Positions 1-12,499 of a DNA stretch of 64,000 nt are shown in pieces. The notes beneath the pieces were generated by a model, which was given only the letters and a program-made list of their open reading frames with translations, did not search any database and was not told the origin of the DNA. Both the position numbers and the translations under genes were made by a program. The stretch is from Monocercomonoides exilis PA203 (Eukaryota > Protista > Preaxostyla): contig LSRY02000009.1 of assembly GCA_001643675.2 (NCBI GenBank), positions 1,054,001 to 1,118,000 on the forward strand. The letters are read 5' to 3'. Position 1 is the stretch's first letter. Each line of letters begins with the position of its first letter.

Positions 1-819
1 AAAGAATTGAACAAATTTTAATAAATAATATCAACTTAATTAATAGCTGAATATGTATTTATTTGAATCAAAATATTAACTACAGTAAGTCATTAGTATA
101 AATACCATATAAACAAAGTTTGGCTTATCATTGAACAAATTAAATACCAACAAACTTTAAAAAAATATACAATAAACACTGCAGTTATAGCCCCATTTTT
201 GAAGCTTTTAAAAGTGAGGCATAACAAACAATAATAGAATAAATTTCATTCCAAAAATAACAGACTGTAACCTTTTCTTTTGGAACGTCTGCTACCAAAA
301 AAGCATGCTTGAGACAAAACAGGTATCTGGCAGACGTATTCATAAAATTATAGTTGTAAATTAAAAGAAAGATAAATTGTTATTAAAGGCTTCTTGAAAT
401 ATTTAATGCAAACCTCTCTCGCAAGTTGTGGTTGAGCTTGCCAATAACTTTTCACATTCTTATGGTTATGATCAAATGTGAAAAAATTATTTTGTCATGT
501 GAATCACAAATATTTTTTAACACATATTGATTTTTTATTCACATATATAAAACAAATCGTGATATGATATTTTATTTTTATTGTTATCTTGTTTACAATA
601 TTTATTTTTGGATAATTGATGAATTAAACAATTTTTATGAATACGAATGTATTAGCGTTTTTGATTAAAAAATATAAATAAATAATAATAGGCATAGTCA
701 AATTTTGAATGAGAGCTCTTCGTTCTTTGTTTGCAATAAGTTATTATTTTTTTCAAATTACACAAATATTTGCCAGTTCCGGGTTTGGCACCAGGTTCAG
801 GGTTTGGCACCAATGGTAA

Positions 820-1137
820 TTAATTATGGTTCAATTTCTAAATTTTTTTTTTGATATTCTTCACAACGACACTTTTTTCAACATCAACAACAATTTTTTT
901 ATAAATACACATAATTCAGTTTTATTAAAAAATCTTTGAGAAATATTGAAAAATCGATATTATATGATCAAAAATTCAATTTTTCAATGAAAAATGAACC
1001 CATTAAGAGACAAAATGCAATTTAATATATTTGGTCCTGTGATTATATGCAATGAAAAATAAATGGAAATAAATTCAAAAAATGTTATAATAAACAAATG
1101 TGTTTGTGCTCGATGTGATTATTTCCTGTTTTGACTG
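820..1137. mobile_element. Truncated pogo/Tc1-mariner-like MITE (right TIR only; inverted partial copy at 19055-19202)
   Basis: Ends GATGTGATTATTTCCTGTTTTGACTG|TA and is homologous to the right part of 22076-22524. Confidence 0.65.
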
Positions 1138-1867
1138 TATTGTTTTTTGGGTGTGGATTTCAATAAAGTCTTTTTGTCACAATCTTGAAAATAATCATTG
1201 ACATGTGAAATACATCACAGCTATAACAGAAGCTTATGCACAAGATGAAAGAAAGATGAAGATATCTTTGTACGGTATTGTTTCTTCTCAGTGATCATTT
1301 GAAACCAATCACAACAAAACTTCACACAAAAATTATCAACATCCAAAATATTATTTCAATAACAATTACCCACATATCTTTCAAACAGTCCAAAGTGAGT
1401 TATTCATTTTGAACACTAACTTTTGATATTGGTGATTGTCTGTTTTGATGAATGAATGATTCTGTCAAAATTCACAAAAATCAGATTTTCCATTATCACC
1501 TCTGAAAGATATGAGAATTTTTGATGAAAATGTTTCTTTTCACTGTTGTGTTTATTGATTCCCATTGAAAATGCGGGATGCCCAACTATTGTGATGGTTC
1601 CAAATTTGGGACGAAATTTTTGGTTTTTTGAAAAATAATAAGGATTTGTTCACAACTTTTTCTGCAATTATTTCATAATAAATCTTCTGTAACAATGAAA
1701 AAAATTCAGAAAAATTCAAAAGTTGAGAAAAAAATTATAGGAAATATTGTGTGGAACAAAATTGGAAAATGATAAAATTTTATCCCAATTTGTTTTGAAC
1801 AGATACTCCTAAAATGGGCATGATCAAATCAGATTTTTGATTGAATCTTCTTATTTCCGATTTGACG

Positions 1868-4800
1868 ATGAATAAAGAACTTTCGAGCGAATTCTACAAA
1901 GCATTTGGAGAGCATCCGCAGAATTATTTGTCCTTGCCATTTCCAGTTCAGCTTGGGTGTGCTTGTGTTTTTGTGCTTTTGTTGTTGTTGAAATGGTGTT
2001 TTGTGGATTGGAACCTGGACTTCGAAGAGAAACTTCGTTTTTGCCGGCATTTGCGTCGAAGCCTCGAAACGTGATTCTTGTGGACTGCTTCCTCGAAGCG
2101 GTGTTTTCGAAAAACAGAGTTAAAGATGCATCATGTGATTGCGCAATTGATTGCCGCGGTGCTTTGGAAAAGGAGTATTTTGAAAGAGCGTTGGGATTGG
2201 TGCAGAGGCATTTTCCGCACAAAAAACTTGGGGCTTCATTCAAAATATACACACGAAATAAAATGCCGATGGTTTCGAATTTGATTTCATTATTTTTGTT
2301 ATTATTGATGAAGTTTTATCTTTGGCATTTTTTTTTTTTTTGAAATGTCTGTTAGGAAAAGATGGAGATTTCGAAAGAGCTTTTGCTGTTGGCAGCGATT
2401 TTGACAGTGCTGGAAGTTAATTCGCTGGCAGCTTCTATTTGTTCGATAAAGGAGATGCTGCTGAGTGCAATGGTATGTGTTTATTGTTTCATTCTATTCT
2501 TTCTTTATTTGTTAAAAAAATAATTTTTTTATAAATATTTTTGTGAATCATTGGGTGAATTTTATTGTTTGATATTAAAATTTGCACAACCTCAAATTTT
2601 GACTGAAGCCAAGATCTCGCCAAGGCGAAGGGGTTGCTGCGTATTTGAGCGCGCTTTTTGTAGGGTGCCAGAATGTTGTTGTGCATCTTCCGTCATTTGA
2701 TTCATCGCGAAGCGAAAACTCGCATCCGCTTGTTTACCCGCTCACCGAGAATATTGTTCGCTGTGGAGGGCAAAGCAAATGTGAGGAATCGAAGGCGGAG
2801 GATTCGTGTGGGGCAGTGTTGAGCGGCGGTGCAACTGGACGCAGCAGATGGCTGTTCCGGATTGGAAAAGAGGCAGAGTTGGAGAAGGACGAAGTTGAGA
2901 AGCTTCGAATTGTTCAATTTAGCGCAGAGCTTACGTTCCTTCTTGTTAAATATGTATGTTGGGGTTTTGAGAATAATTATGTGATTATTATTTTGTGATT
3001 ATCAAACTTTTTTCTTTTCTATCTATCTTTCTTTTTTATTTGTGTGTGTGTGTGTGTGTGTGATTTCATTTTTTTTTAAAATGCAAATGATGATTTTTGG
3101 TGTGTTATTCATTTATTTTTGTGAATATGTGTGGATGTGAAAATGAGTAGAACTTGCATGAGAAACATTACCCCAGGCTTCTGCTGAACGAGATGACGCA
3201 CCCGGGCACGCTGACTGAGCAGAATACACAAAGAGAAGGAGGGATGGATGTGATATGGGAAGCGGTGGAGGAAATGAAGAAGAAAGTGAAAGGAGCAGAA
3301 TTCTCAATAGAAGAGAAGGAAAAGAAAGGAAAAGAAGGAGATGAAAAGGGCTGTGTTGCAACGATTGGAGCAGTGAAGGCAGCGTATCCGTTGCTTGGAA
3401 CACTGATTGATGAGCTTGTTGAGCAATATCTGGGGAAGGAACAAAAATTGCCATTGGAGTCTTCATCTGTTTTGTCTTCGTTGGATCTGATAAATCCGTT
3501 TGTCTACTGCATGAAGAACTGTGCAAGAGATGCGTGGCTGCCTGTGAGTGCATTGCCGTGGACTGGGGTTGAAAAGAATGGAAAAGCAGAAAAAGGGATT
3601 TGTTTGTGTGAATCGGTCAGATGTTGTGGCGGGAAGGAGTTTCATTGGCCGGGAATTCCGCAGAAGACTGAGAAGAAACAAGAAGAATGTGCTTTCTTCT
3701 TTCTGGAGGGGAGTTGCGTATACAAAGTGGAGGCTGTGAAGGATGGGGGCAATGGATGCAGCGTGGAAACGGCGGGGAAAGCGAGTTCGGAAGGAAAAGA
3801 ACGGAGTTCTTCGAGTTGTGGTTCAGAAAATGAGGTGTTCCCTCTTTCGTCTGGGATTTGTGTTGCACCGCTTTCACTGGTTGAGATTGTTTCGAAAAAG
3901 ATGACAGAATTTTCTGAATGGAATCAGAAACTGACAGATTTTTCTTCTGCTTCTGCTTCTGCTTCTGCTTCTGCTTCTGCTCCTTCGGGTTCTTCGGGTT
4001 CTTCCACTTTTCATTCGCTCGTTTATTCTCTGTGCCAAACATTCACAAAGGATGAGCCTGATCTCAAGTCGGTCAAAACAGATGCCACTGCTCTTTTAGG
4101 TATGATTGAGAGGATTCTACCTGCTGAGCGCCAAAAGCGAGGCTTTTTTGATTCGCTGAGGGAATTGCGTGCGGCTGTGAATGCGCTGCGCTTGCCTTCA
4201 TGTGTGTGTGCGCGGGGAAACGATTGCAGCGGAAAAGAAGGCGAAAGAAAAGCCGAGAAGGAAGAGAAGGAAGAGAAGGAAGAGAAGGAAGAGAAGGAAG
4301 AGAAGGAAGAGAAGGAAGAGAAGGAGAATGGCAAACAACAGGAAAGGGAAGCGATTAAGAAGGAATCGGAGTCGTTGGCCTTCTTGCTCCGCCCCATACC
4401 GCCTCCTTCTTTATTCCTCCCAGCTTCGCTTTTGACTTCTTCTGTTGATAATGAGAGCGTGTCTGTTGCGCAGTCGTCCTCAATTGAGTCAAGCGATCCG
4501 CCAAAAATTGCGCTTGTGACAGGAGCAGCTGGCTTTATTGGGTCTTGGGTGTGCCACAGACTTCTGATGAGCGGGGTTGCTGTGATTGCAGTTGACTCGC
4601 TGAATGATTTTTATTCATCGTCAATCAAGGAACATGCGATTGCAAGGCTGGAAGAAGTGGCTCGTGCGGTTGGAGGGAAGAGATGGAAAGAAGAGAGAGG
4701 AGGAGAAAAGAAAGAGGCAGGAAGTGAAGACAGCAACGGAACAGGGGTTATATCGCTTTTGACGAATTTTGTGTTCATTTACCACGATTTGCGAGACAAA

Positions 4801-6068
4801 GAAGGATTTCACGCGAAAATTGAAAAAGCATACAAATATGTCACTGGAGTGAAATGTCCTGTTTCAGAGGACAAAGCGAATGATAATAGCCAGATTCATT
4901 CAGAATCGAAAACGAAAGTGCGCATTCCGTATATTGTTCATCTGGCAGCGCGTGCTGGTGTTCGGTCGTCGATGCTGTATCCGGAGCTTTTCAGATCAGA
5001 AAATGTGTTGACGACACAAAATGTGTTTGAGCTGGCTGTGGGAGACTGGAGCGATGGGAAGAGAGGAGAAGGGTGGGGCACACAGAGCATTGTGTATGCC
5101 TCTTCAAGTTCTGTGTATGGAAAGATGAAAGACGGACTTTGTGCAGAGCATCTTTGCGTTGGGCCACCTGAATGCATATACGCGGATACAAAAGTGTGAA
5201 GAGATGTGTGAGTGAGAAAGTTGAATGCTTTTGTATATTTATTTGTGGTTGTAAGATAACTTGAGGATATTGTTGAGTCTTTTTTCATTTTTCATTTTTC
5301 ATTTTTGCATTCTTCCTTCCTTGTTTCACAAAAGGTTGAAAACGAAAGGCAAGCCGCTGAATTTATATCGAAATTAACCCACACTCCCATGATATCAACA
5401 ACAGCGCCTCCTTCTCCTCCCGTGTCCACATTCATTCCATCTTCAGTGCTTGCGCACTCGCCAATTCCACCTGTCTTCACAGGGCTCCGATTTTTCACTG
5501 TTGATGGCGAGGTGCTGGGCAGCTCGGCAATGGGGCGGATTGACATGGCGATTCCCTGCTTCACTCGGATGCTGCATTCAGAAGGGAAGGAGAAAGTGAC
5601 GATGTATGGGGACGGGTCGTTCAGAAGGGATTATACGAATGTGAGGGACATTGTGGATGGAATATGCCTGAGCTTGGACAGAGCAGAGCGATTGAGGAGC
5701 CAGATGAGAAAAGAGAAAGAATTGGCGCTCTCGAAAGAAAGAAGTGCAGAAGAAGAGAAAAGCGAGAAAACGAGTTTAACTACGGGTTTGTCTGGCAGTT
5801 CGTCAGTTGCAGTGGAAGACTTGCTGAGAGTGTTCAATTTGGGAGAGGACCATTCGACTTCTGTGAGGCAGCTTATTGTTCAATTAGCGAAGGAAATGGG
5901 GATGTTCAGCAAGGAGACGATTTCAGCTATTAAAGAGAAAGTGAAGCACGAAGTGACTGAAGAAGAGTTTGCATTCATTTATTTGCTTGATTGTTGTTCA
6001 TGAGAATATTTAATATTTGGGGAATGGGCATATATGTATATTCCCATTTGAATATCAAAAAAATCTTT

Positions 6069-6111
<43 letters not shown>

Positions 6112-7219
6112 TTTTTTGTTTCCTTTCATTCGGTGTTATTTCATCTGGGAAAACGAATGCACTGTATTTTTTTTTCATTTATGAAATGAATGTCTGATTT
6201 TTAGTTTGCTGCAATATCTTCTCGAGCGGGAATATGTTGCTTCTGTTACGCCGCCTCCAGGTGATATTCCGATCTGCATCACATCTCTCACGCGATCCCG
6301 TTCAGAGTTGCGTTATTCGCCAACTTTTTCAATGGATGAGAATTTGCATGCATGCGTTCATGATACGTTCAATGAAAAGGTGTATGAGAGTTCGATATTT
6401 GCTCACAGACAGACAAGTTGCAATTCGAAAGGAAAAGGGAGTGAATGGCTTAGTGCCAATAACTGTTCTCATTCTGGTGAAGAATGCACAGAGCTGTCTC
6501 TGCATCCATCTAATTGTTGCACGTTGAATTGTTTGTTGGCAACGCTTGCATCTCTTAAATCCTTCTTTTCCTCGCATCTCCTGAACCAAATTAACCTCTT
6601 TTTGTCCCTTCCTCTTCCGCAGCAGACAACGATCCTTTCTTCTTTCCTGCTGCGCTTTGGTCTGAACACGCACCAGGCTCATCCTTCGTCAAAGGAGCCC
6701 GCTTTCCTGCCAATTGCAGAGCTATCTGCTGTTGAAGAGCACGCATTGCTTGGATGGGATGGAAAGCGTGTTAAGGTTCTGGGAGAGGCTGGAAATGAGG
6801 CGGAGAAAGCTGAAGATGGACAGTTGAGCTATTCAAAGCAGCTGGAGAAGATTGGAAAGGGGAAAGCAAGAGGGTCATATGGAGGTGCAGGGTTGTTTTA
6901 TTTGAATCCTTTGTTTGTTCCTGGAGAAGGGGAGGAAGAAGGGAAGAAGAGCGGGTCACAATCGGAGATCAGTTGCCCATCTACAAGAAAGAATGAGGAT
7001 ATGAACACAGAAAAATGTGAAAGTGTATTTGTGGACAAAGCACATCTTTTCACTCTGGGAGACTTTGTGTTTTTGGCATGTGTGTTTGAGCAAATGTGGG
7101 TTGAATGCAATGGGATTGAAGGTAACGTTGCTGGGGAAGCGAAGCAGGCGCTTCTCGAAATGGTGGTTGAAGCTTTCAATAGAATGCTTCAGCTTATTTA
7201 TCAGGTTGCTAATAAATAA
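1868..7219 (+). CDS. Multi-exon gene (~1494 aa): degenerate GHMP/galactokinase-like N-terminus fused to an NAD-dependent epimerase (UDP-glucuronate 4-epimerase-like extended SDR)
   Basis: Exons 1868-1956, 2028-2271, 2356-2472, 2609-2953, 3151-5193, 5335-5966 and 6205-7219 join in frame across GT-AG introns (4485 nt). Motifs: VTGAAGFIG, DSLNDFY, HLAARAGVRSS, YASSSSVYG, YADTK (YxxxK), GLRFFTV, RDYTNVRDIVDG, VFNLG. Confidence 0.85.
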
Positions 7220-7666
7220 TTCCTTCAAATGAAAGAACAGAAATTGACACACTCGTTAATTGGGTATTTATAACTCGAAATATCTATCTATTTATTTATT
7301 TTGACAATTAAAGTTTGAGAGATTTAGTTTCTGTTGATCTTTATTTTAATGTTTGCTTTTATATTTAAAGTTAAGCGCAATCCTTTTGTTGGATTGCACA
7401 AACAATCAAGTTATGCCTGTCAAATTTGATTTTTTTCCCCTCCCCTTTTAATCTGTCAATGGCAAATTGACAAACGAGTCAATTTTGCTTGTCATTTCTC
7501 ATATATTTTTTTCAAAGGTTCTTTCCTTTAATTTCAAAAACTTGAATATGCTGTTTCATTAATGCAATATGAGGAACTTGTGAAGTTTTTTATTCTTGAC
7601 AAATTTTGATTGGATTTGTCGCAAAGCGTCAGATGTGGAAATTGAATTGACACAATTTTTGAAATA

Positions 7667-8850
7667 GGGTGGTTTTTTTATCCGGACTTTTTTTATCCGG
7701 ACAAAAATTTAAAATTAAAATATCTCAACAAATATTCAATATTAATTTAGGCATAAACATACAAAACGCGTACCAAAAATTTTCACTAAATAATAACAAC
7801 GGAAGTTCTGTTTTATGATTCTGTTAATATTCACTTCGTAACATCTTGCGAAAAGTGATGTGAGTGAAAAAAGATCAAAAAATATTTTCGCAAAAAATTT
7901 ATAAAAATTATTATGTTTATGGTTCAAATTCCGAGGAATCTTCTCCTGTTCCAGCTCCAAAAGGATCTGAATCCTCGCTTTCTGATTTTAAAAGTTCTTC
8001 TTCAGTATCCTCTTCATCTCTAATTCCTAAAAGGTCATTTATATCAGGAATTTCTTCGTTTTCATCAACTTCATCATCATCAATTTCCAATTCAAATTCA
8101 TCTTCAGATTGAAAATTTATTACTTTTTCGATGAATTCTCCGTAGGAAAGTAAACCTGATCTTTTAACAATGAACGTTGCAAGCACTCCAGGAATAAACC
8201 GCTCTCTCACTCCATATCTTGGAAAAAAAGATCGCAAATGTGCCCACATTCCTTCGATAGAGTTCGTATTGGCTTTTGTAACGGGGTCAACGTAATGACG
8301 TTTGTGGCAGACGGTTTGGTGGGTGTAACCAATTTCTCCTAAGCAAGTGTATGCTTTCCACTCGTCGCTGATTATTGTTGTTCCTTCTTTGATTATATTT
8401 TTAATTATAGGGATTAATGTCTCTTTTTTTCGATTAGGCACAATGACCACAAATTTTTTTCCTAATTCTTCTTCACTTTTTCGTTCGACAGCTCCAAATA
8501 TCCACATCAATTTTTTCTGCTTTCCTAATTCAAAAATAGTTATTTTCACAACAAATAAATTAATATAAATGTTTTCAATATTAATATACGATGTTAAAAC
8601 CTTTTTGTATTTCCGTCTCCTCCATGCGGCTTCATCAATTTCTACTATTTTGCCTGCCCCTCCAATTTTTTCATTTCTGTAATTTAAGTGATTTCACGCA
8701 GTCGACCTTGCAACGCTTGTCCAGTACCCAATCGTCATTTGAGATACATTTAACATCATGCCAATTTGTCAATCTTTGATTTCAAGCCAAAACATCAAAA
8801 GAATCATCATCACAGTGGAAATAGGGGCATAAGTGTAACAAAATACCTCC
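7667..8850 (-). mobile_element. Merlin (IS1595/ISXO2-like DDE) transposon remnant, 5'-truncated, copy 1
   Basis: Motifs KIGGAGKIVEIDE, WIFGAVER, GTTIISDEWKAY, HQTVCHKRHYVDP, NTNSIEGMW. Putative terminus at 7667 is GGGTGG(TTTTTTTATCCGGAC)x2. There are in-frame TGA stops upstream, and one A-run is a base shorter than in copy 2. Confidence 0.85.
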
Positions 8851-9699
8851 TTCAATTTAACGATTTTTCACATAAAAATAAAAATGAAATAAATGACATA
8901 AAAAAGCAACACTTTTGGGTGGAGCAGTTTTTTGAGATATCAAAAAAATTTTTTATCTAAAAAATTTTTGTGATCAATCCCATAATAAAATTTTCATATT
9001 TATCTTTAGAGTTTTCAATGCGAATGCTTTTGAATTGAAGATCATACAGCATATTGATCAAAACAATTTATAAAAAGAAGCAAAATGTTTGTGTATTTTC
9101 TCCTTTTTTATCTCTTTTGAAACATATTTTTATTATGTTTTTATATGTTGAAAGTTTCCATATGCTTCTTGTTCATTTTTTTTTAAACTGTTAGAATTAA
9201 TTTCACTTGTATGAAAAAATGCTCTTTTTTGTATTATATGTTTATCCTTTTGTTATACAGTGAAATTAACAGAATGCTCTTTAAAACGCAAAAAACAAAA
9301 TAGAAAAGCTTTATGGATCGAGAAAAATAATCTAACCATTTTCTAGGGTTTTTTATAAGCATTGGTCCAGGTAATGTTGAAACGATTATAAGAAATGTGT
9401 CACATGAAAAATATTTACAGAATTTATGTTTTATTTTGTTATTTTAGCGCTTATATTGAACAATCAAAAAGAAATTTCTTTCTTGTTTTTTCGTTTAATT
9501 CCAATAAACAGAGCTTTAAAAAAATTATTGAATGAAAACTTTTAATAATTTATTATCGTTGGATAAATCTGTGAATATTTTTTATTGAGTTGATAAGATT
9601 AAAAATTCATGAATTTGATATCTTTTTTATTTTCTCGTAATAAAAGGTGCGTTTTCAATGACAAATAATTCATTGGTAGTTGATGGAGTTTTATCAAAA

Positions 9700-10900
9700 C
9701 CGCGCTTGCGGAAGATGATTAATTTGCAACCAGTTTCAACTTTGTTAATGTGGAATTTTTTGTTCAAACAAAAATGAAGTATGTATTCGGTCTTCAAAAT
9801 AAACCATGTGAATGGTGTTTCTGCTTTTGCTTCTGCTGTTTATCTGCTGATTGAAAAAGATGCATCTCCTCATCTGCTGATAACTTGCTATCGCTGGTAC
9901 CTTCTTAAAACTTTTTCAGCAGTTGAATGACCAGCATTGTGTTAAAGAAATTGTTGAATATGCACAGTGTTCACTTTTCTCTCAGATCAACATCCAACAG
10001 TTTCAGCGCTTTTTTATAGTGGAAAACTTTGACTCTGCTCATGGAATGATGGAATACGAAATACTTCTACTGTGATGGCACATGTGCACCACTGACAAAT
10101 TGCTTATGCGTCTGGGATGAAATTCTCGACAAGAGGATATTTTCTTTTGATGGCTCTGCATGAGAAGGTTTGACAGTGGCTGCAGGTGTCGAGAAGATGA
10201 ACGAAGAAAGCAAGACGACAGTATCTGGTAATGAAATTGCTGCTGTTGTACTTGGAAAAATACTTGCATTAAAGAAGAGGAAGAAGAGAAAAAAAAAGAA
10301 GAAAAAGAGAAATTGGAAAAAGGATTATGAAATTTCGTCTGAAGAAACAAGAAAAAGAAATGAATAGAAATGAACCATCAAACTTGGAGTTATCAGCTGT
10401 TCCGCAATTCCACTCTTTTTATTGTTTTGGTTGTTGAGTCGCATTGTTGGAAATGATGCTGCTTCAATTAAAGAATGCATCATTTGCTCTGCAATTAGTG
10501 GCGGTGTTGCCATCGAAAAAGAAGAAAAAGATGAATCTAATACTATTCATCCAAGAATATGGAGGAAGGAAACATATCGCTGCACCATTATAGGAAGTTG
10601 AATTTGATGTCAATTTGATATTTTCAAATTGGCAATCATTAACCAGAAATTTAGTTGACTTGTTTTGTGGAGGATAATTGAATGTGAGAGAACCAGCAGA
10701 ATCACCACCTGAATTTGAGATGCACTTGCATTTGGAAAATTAGATTTGAAAATTTGTATTATCATGTCCAAGAGCAGAATATCAACAAGTTCCTCACCAA
10801 TCAGTTATTTTGCAATGCTCCACTCTGTTTTCTGAGAAGGTCCAATCAGAATTTGGTTGTGAATGGTTAACGAACGCTATTTTTCCATGAACAGCAGAAT
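9700..10900 (-). pseudogene. Fragment of a beta-helix/pectin-lyase-like repeat protein gene in the IR1 spacer
   Basis: Minus-strand pieces such as SAGSLTFNYPPQ..VNDCQFENI..NGAAICF..FFDGNTATNCRANDAFF, broken by stops. The family call rests on recalled resemblance only. Confidence 0.4.
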
Positions 10901-11319
10901 CGGTCTCGTATTAAAAATAGACAGTAAAGACATTAATAAAATATATTTAAAACACAGTTCCACTTAATGGAAAAAATGCATTGCATCAAAAACAGAAAGT
11001 GACAGCGCAATTCCAACATATAAATATATAATAAAAATATGTTTCAAAAGAGATAAAAAAGGAGAAAATACACAAACATTTTGCTTCTTTTTATAAATTG
11101 TTTTGATCAATATGCTGTATGATCTTCAATTCAAAAGCATTCGCATTGAAAACTCTAAAGATAAATATGAAAATTTTATTATGGGATTGATCACAAAAAT
11201 TTTTTAGATAAAAAATTTTTTTGATATCTCAAAAAACTGCTCCACCCAAAAGTGTTGCTTTTTTATGTCATTTATTTCATTTTTATTTTTATGTGAAAAA
11301 TCGTTAAATTGAAGGAGGT

Positions 11320-12499
11320 ATTTTGTTACACTTATGCCCCTATTTCCACTGTGATGATGATTCTTTTGATGTTTTGGCTTGAAATCAAAGATTGACAAAT
11401 TGGCATGATGTTAAATGTATCTCAAATGACGATTGGGTACTGGACAAGCGTTGCAAGGTCGACTGCGTGAAATCACTTAAATTACAGAAATGAAAAAATT
11501 GGAGGGGCAGGCAAAATAGTAGAAATTGATGAAGCCGCATGGAGGAGACGGAAATACAAAAAAGGTTTTAACATCGTATATTAATATTGAAAACATTTAT
11601 ATTAATTTATTTGTTGTGAAAATAACTATTTTTTGAATTAGGAAAGCAGAAAAAATTGATGTGGATATTTGGAGCTGTCGAACGAAAAAGTGAAGAAGAA
11701 TTAGGAAAAAAATTTGTGGTCATTGTGCCTAATCGAAAAAAAGAGACATTAATCCCTATAATTAAAAATATAATCAAAGAAGGAACAACAATAATCAGCG
11801 ACGAGTGGAAAGCATACACTTGCTTAGGAGAAATTGGTTACACCCACCAAACCGTCTGCCACAAACGTCATTACGTTGACCCCGTTACAAAAGCCAATAC
11901 GAACTCTATCGAAGGAATGTGGGCACATTTGCGATCTTTTTTTCCAAGATATGGAGTGAGAGAGCGGTTTATTCCTGGAGTGCTTGCAACGTTCATTGTT
12001 AAAAGATCAGGTTTACTTTCCTACGGAGAATTCATCGAAAAAGTAATAAATTTTCAATCTGAAGATGAATTTGAATTGGAAATTGATGATGATGAAGTTG
12101 ATGAAAACGAAGAAATTCCTGATATAAATGACCTTTTAGGAATTAGAGATGAAGAGGATACTGAAGAAGAACTTTTAAAATCAGAAAGCGAGGATTCAGA
12201 TCCTTTTGGAGCTGGAACAGGAGAAGATTCCTCGGAATTTGAACCATAAACATAATAATTTTTATAAATTTTTTGCGAAAATATTTTTTGATCTTTTTTC
12301 ACTCACATCACTTTTCGCAAGATGTTACGAAGTGAATATTAACAGAATCATAAAACAGAACTTCCGTTGTTATTATTTAGTGAAAATTTTTGGTACGCGT
12401 TTTGTATGTTTATGCCTAAATTAATATTGAATATTTGTTGAGATATTTTAATTTTAAATTTTTGTCCGGATAAAAAAAGTCCGGATAAAAAAACCACCC
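11320..12499 (+). mobile_element. Merlin (IS1595/ISXO2-like DDE) transposon remnant, copy 2
   Basis: Same DDE motifs. Intron 11565-11641 joins RKYKKG to KQKKLMWIFG. In-frame TGA at 11393 and 11468; stop at 12249; putative terminus ends 12499. Confidence 0.85.

Larger units (their letters stand above)
990..9153 (+). repeat. IR1 left arm (~8.2 kb inverted duplication)
   Basis: Reverse complement of 11011-19202, and all ORFs are mirrored (e.g. 3154..5199+ vs 14983..17037-). Identity starts at AAAAATGAACCC (990) and becomes imperfect at 9137-9153. Confidence 0.97.

Noticed and set aside
4023-4435. Arg/Lys-rich and Ser/Phe-rich ORFs
   Set aside because: These are alternative frames of the GAAGAGAAG repeat inside the real exon. 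The same applies to most short antisense ORFs at 47-63 kb.
7917-8549. Bacterial IS1595 or contaminant DNA
   Set aside because: The gene has a spliceosomal-type intron and sits in eukaryotic sequence, which fits a Merlin element.
11393-11470. TGA reassignment or selenocysteine recoding
   Set aside because: The element is 5'-truncated, the intact genes here have no in-frame TGA, and other decayed genes show all stop types plus frameshifts.
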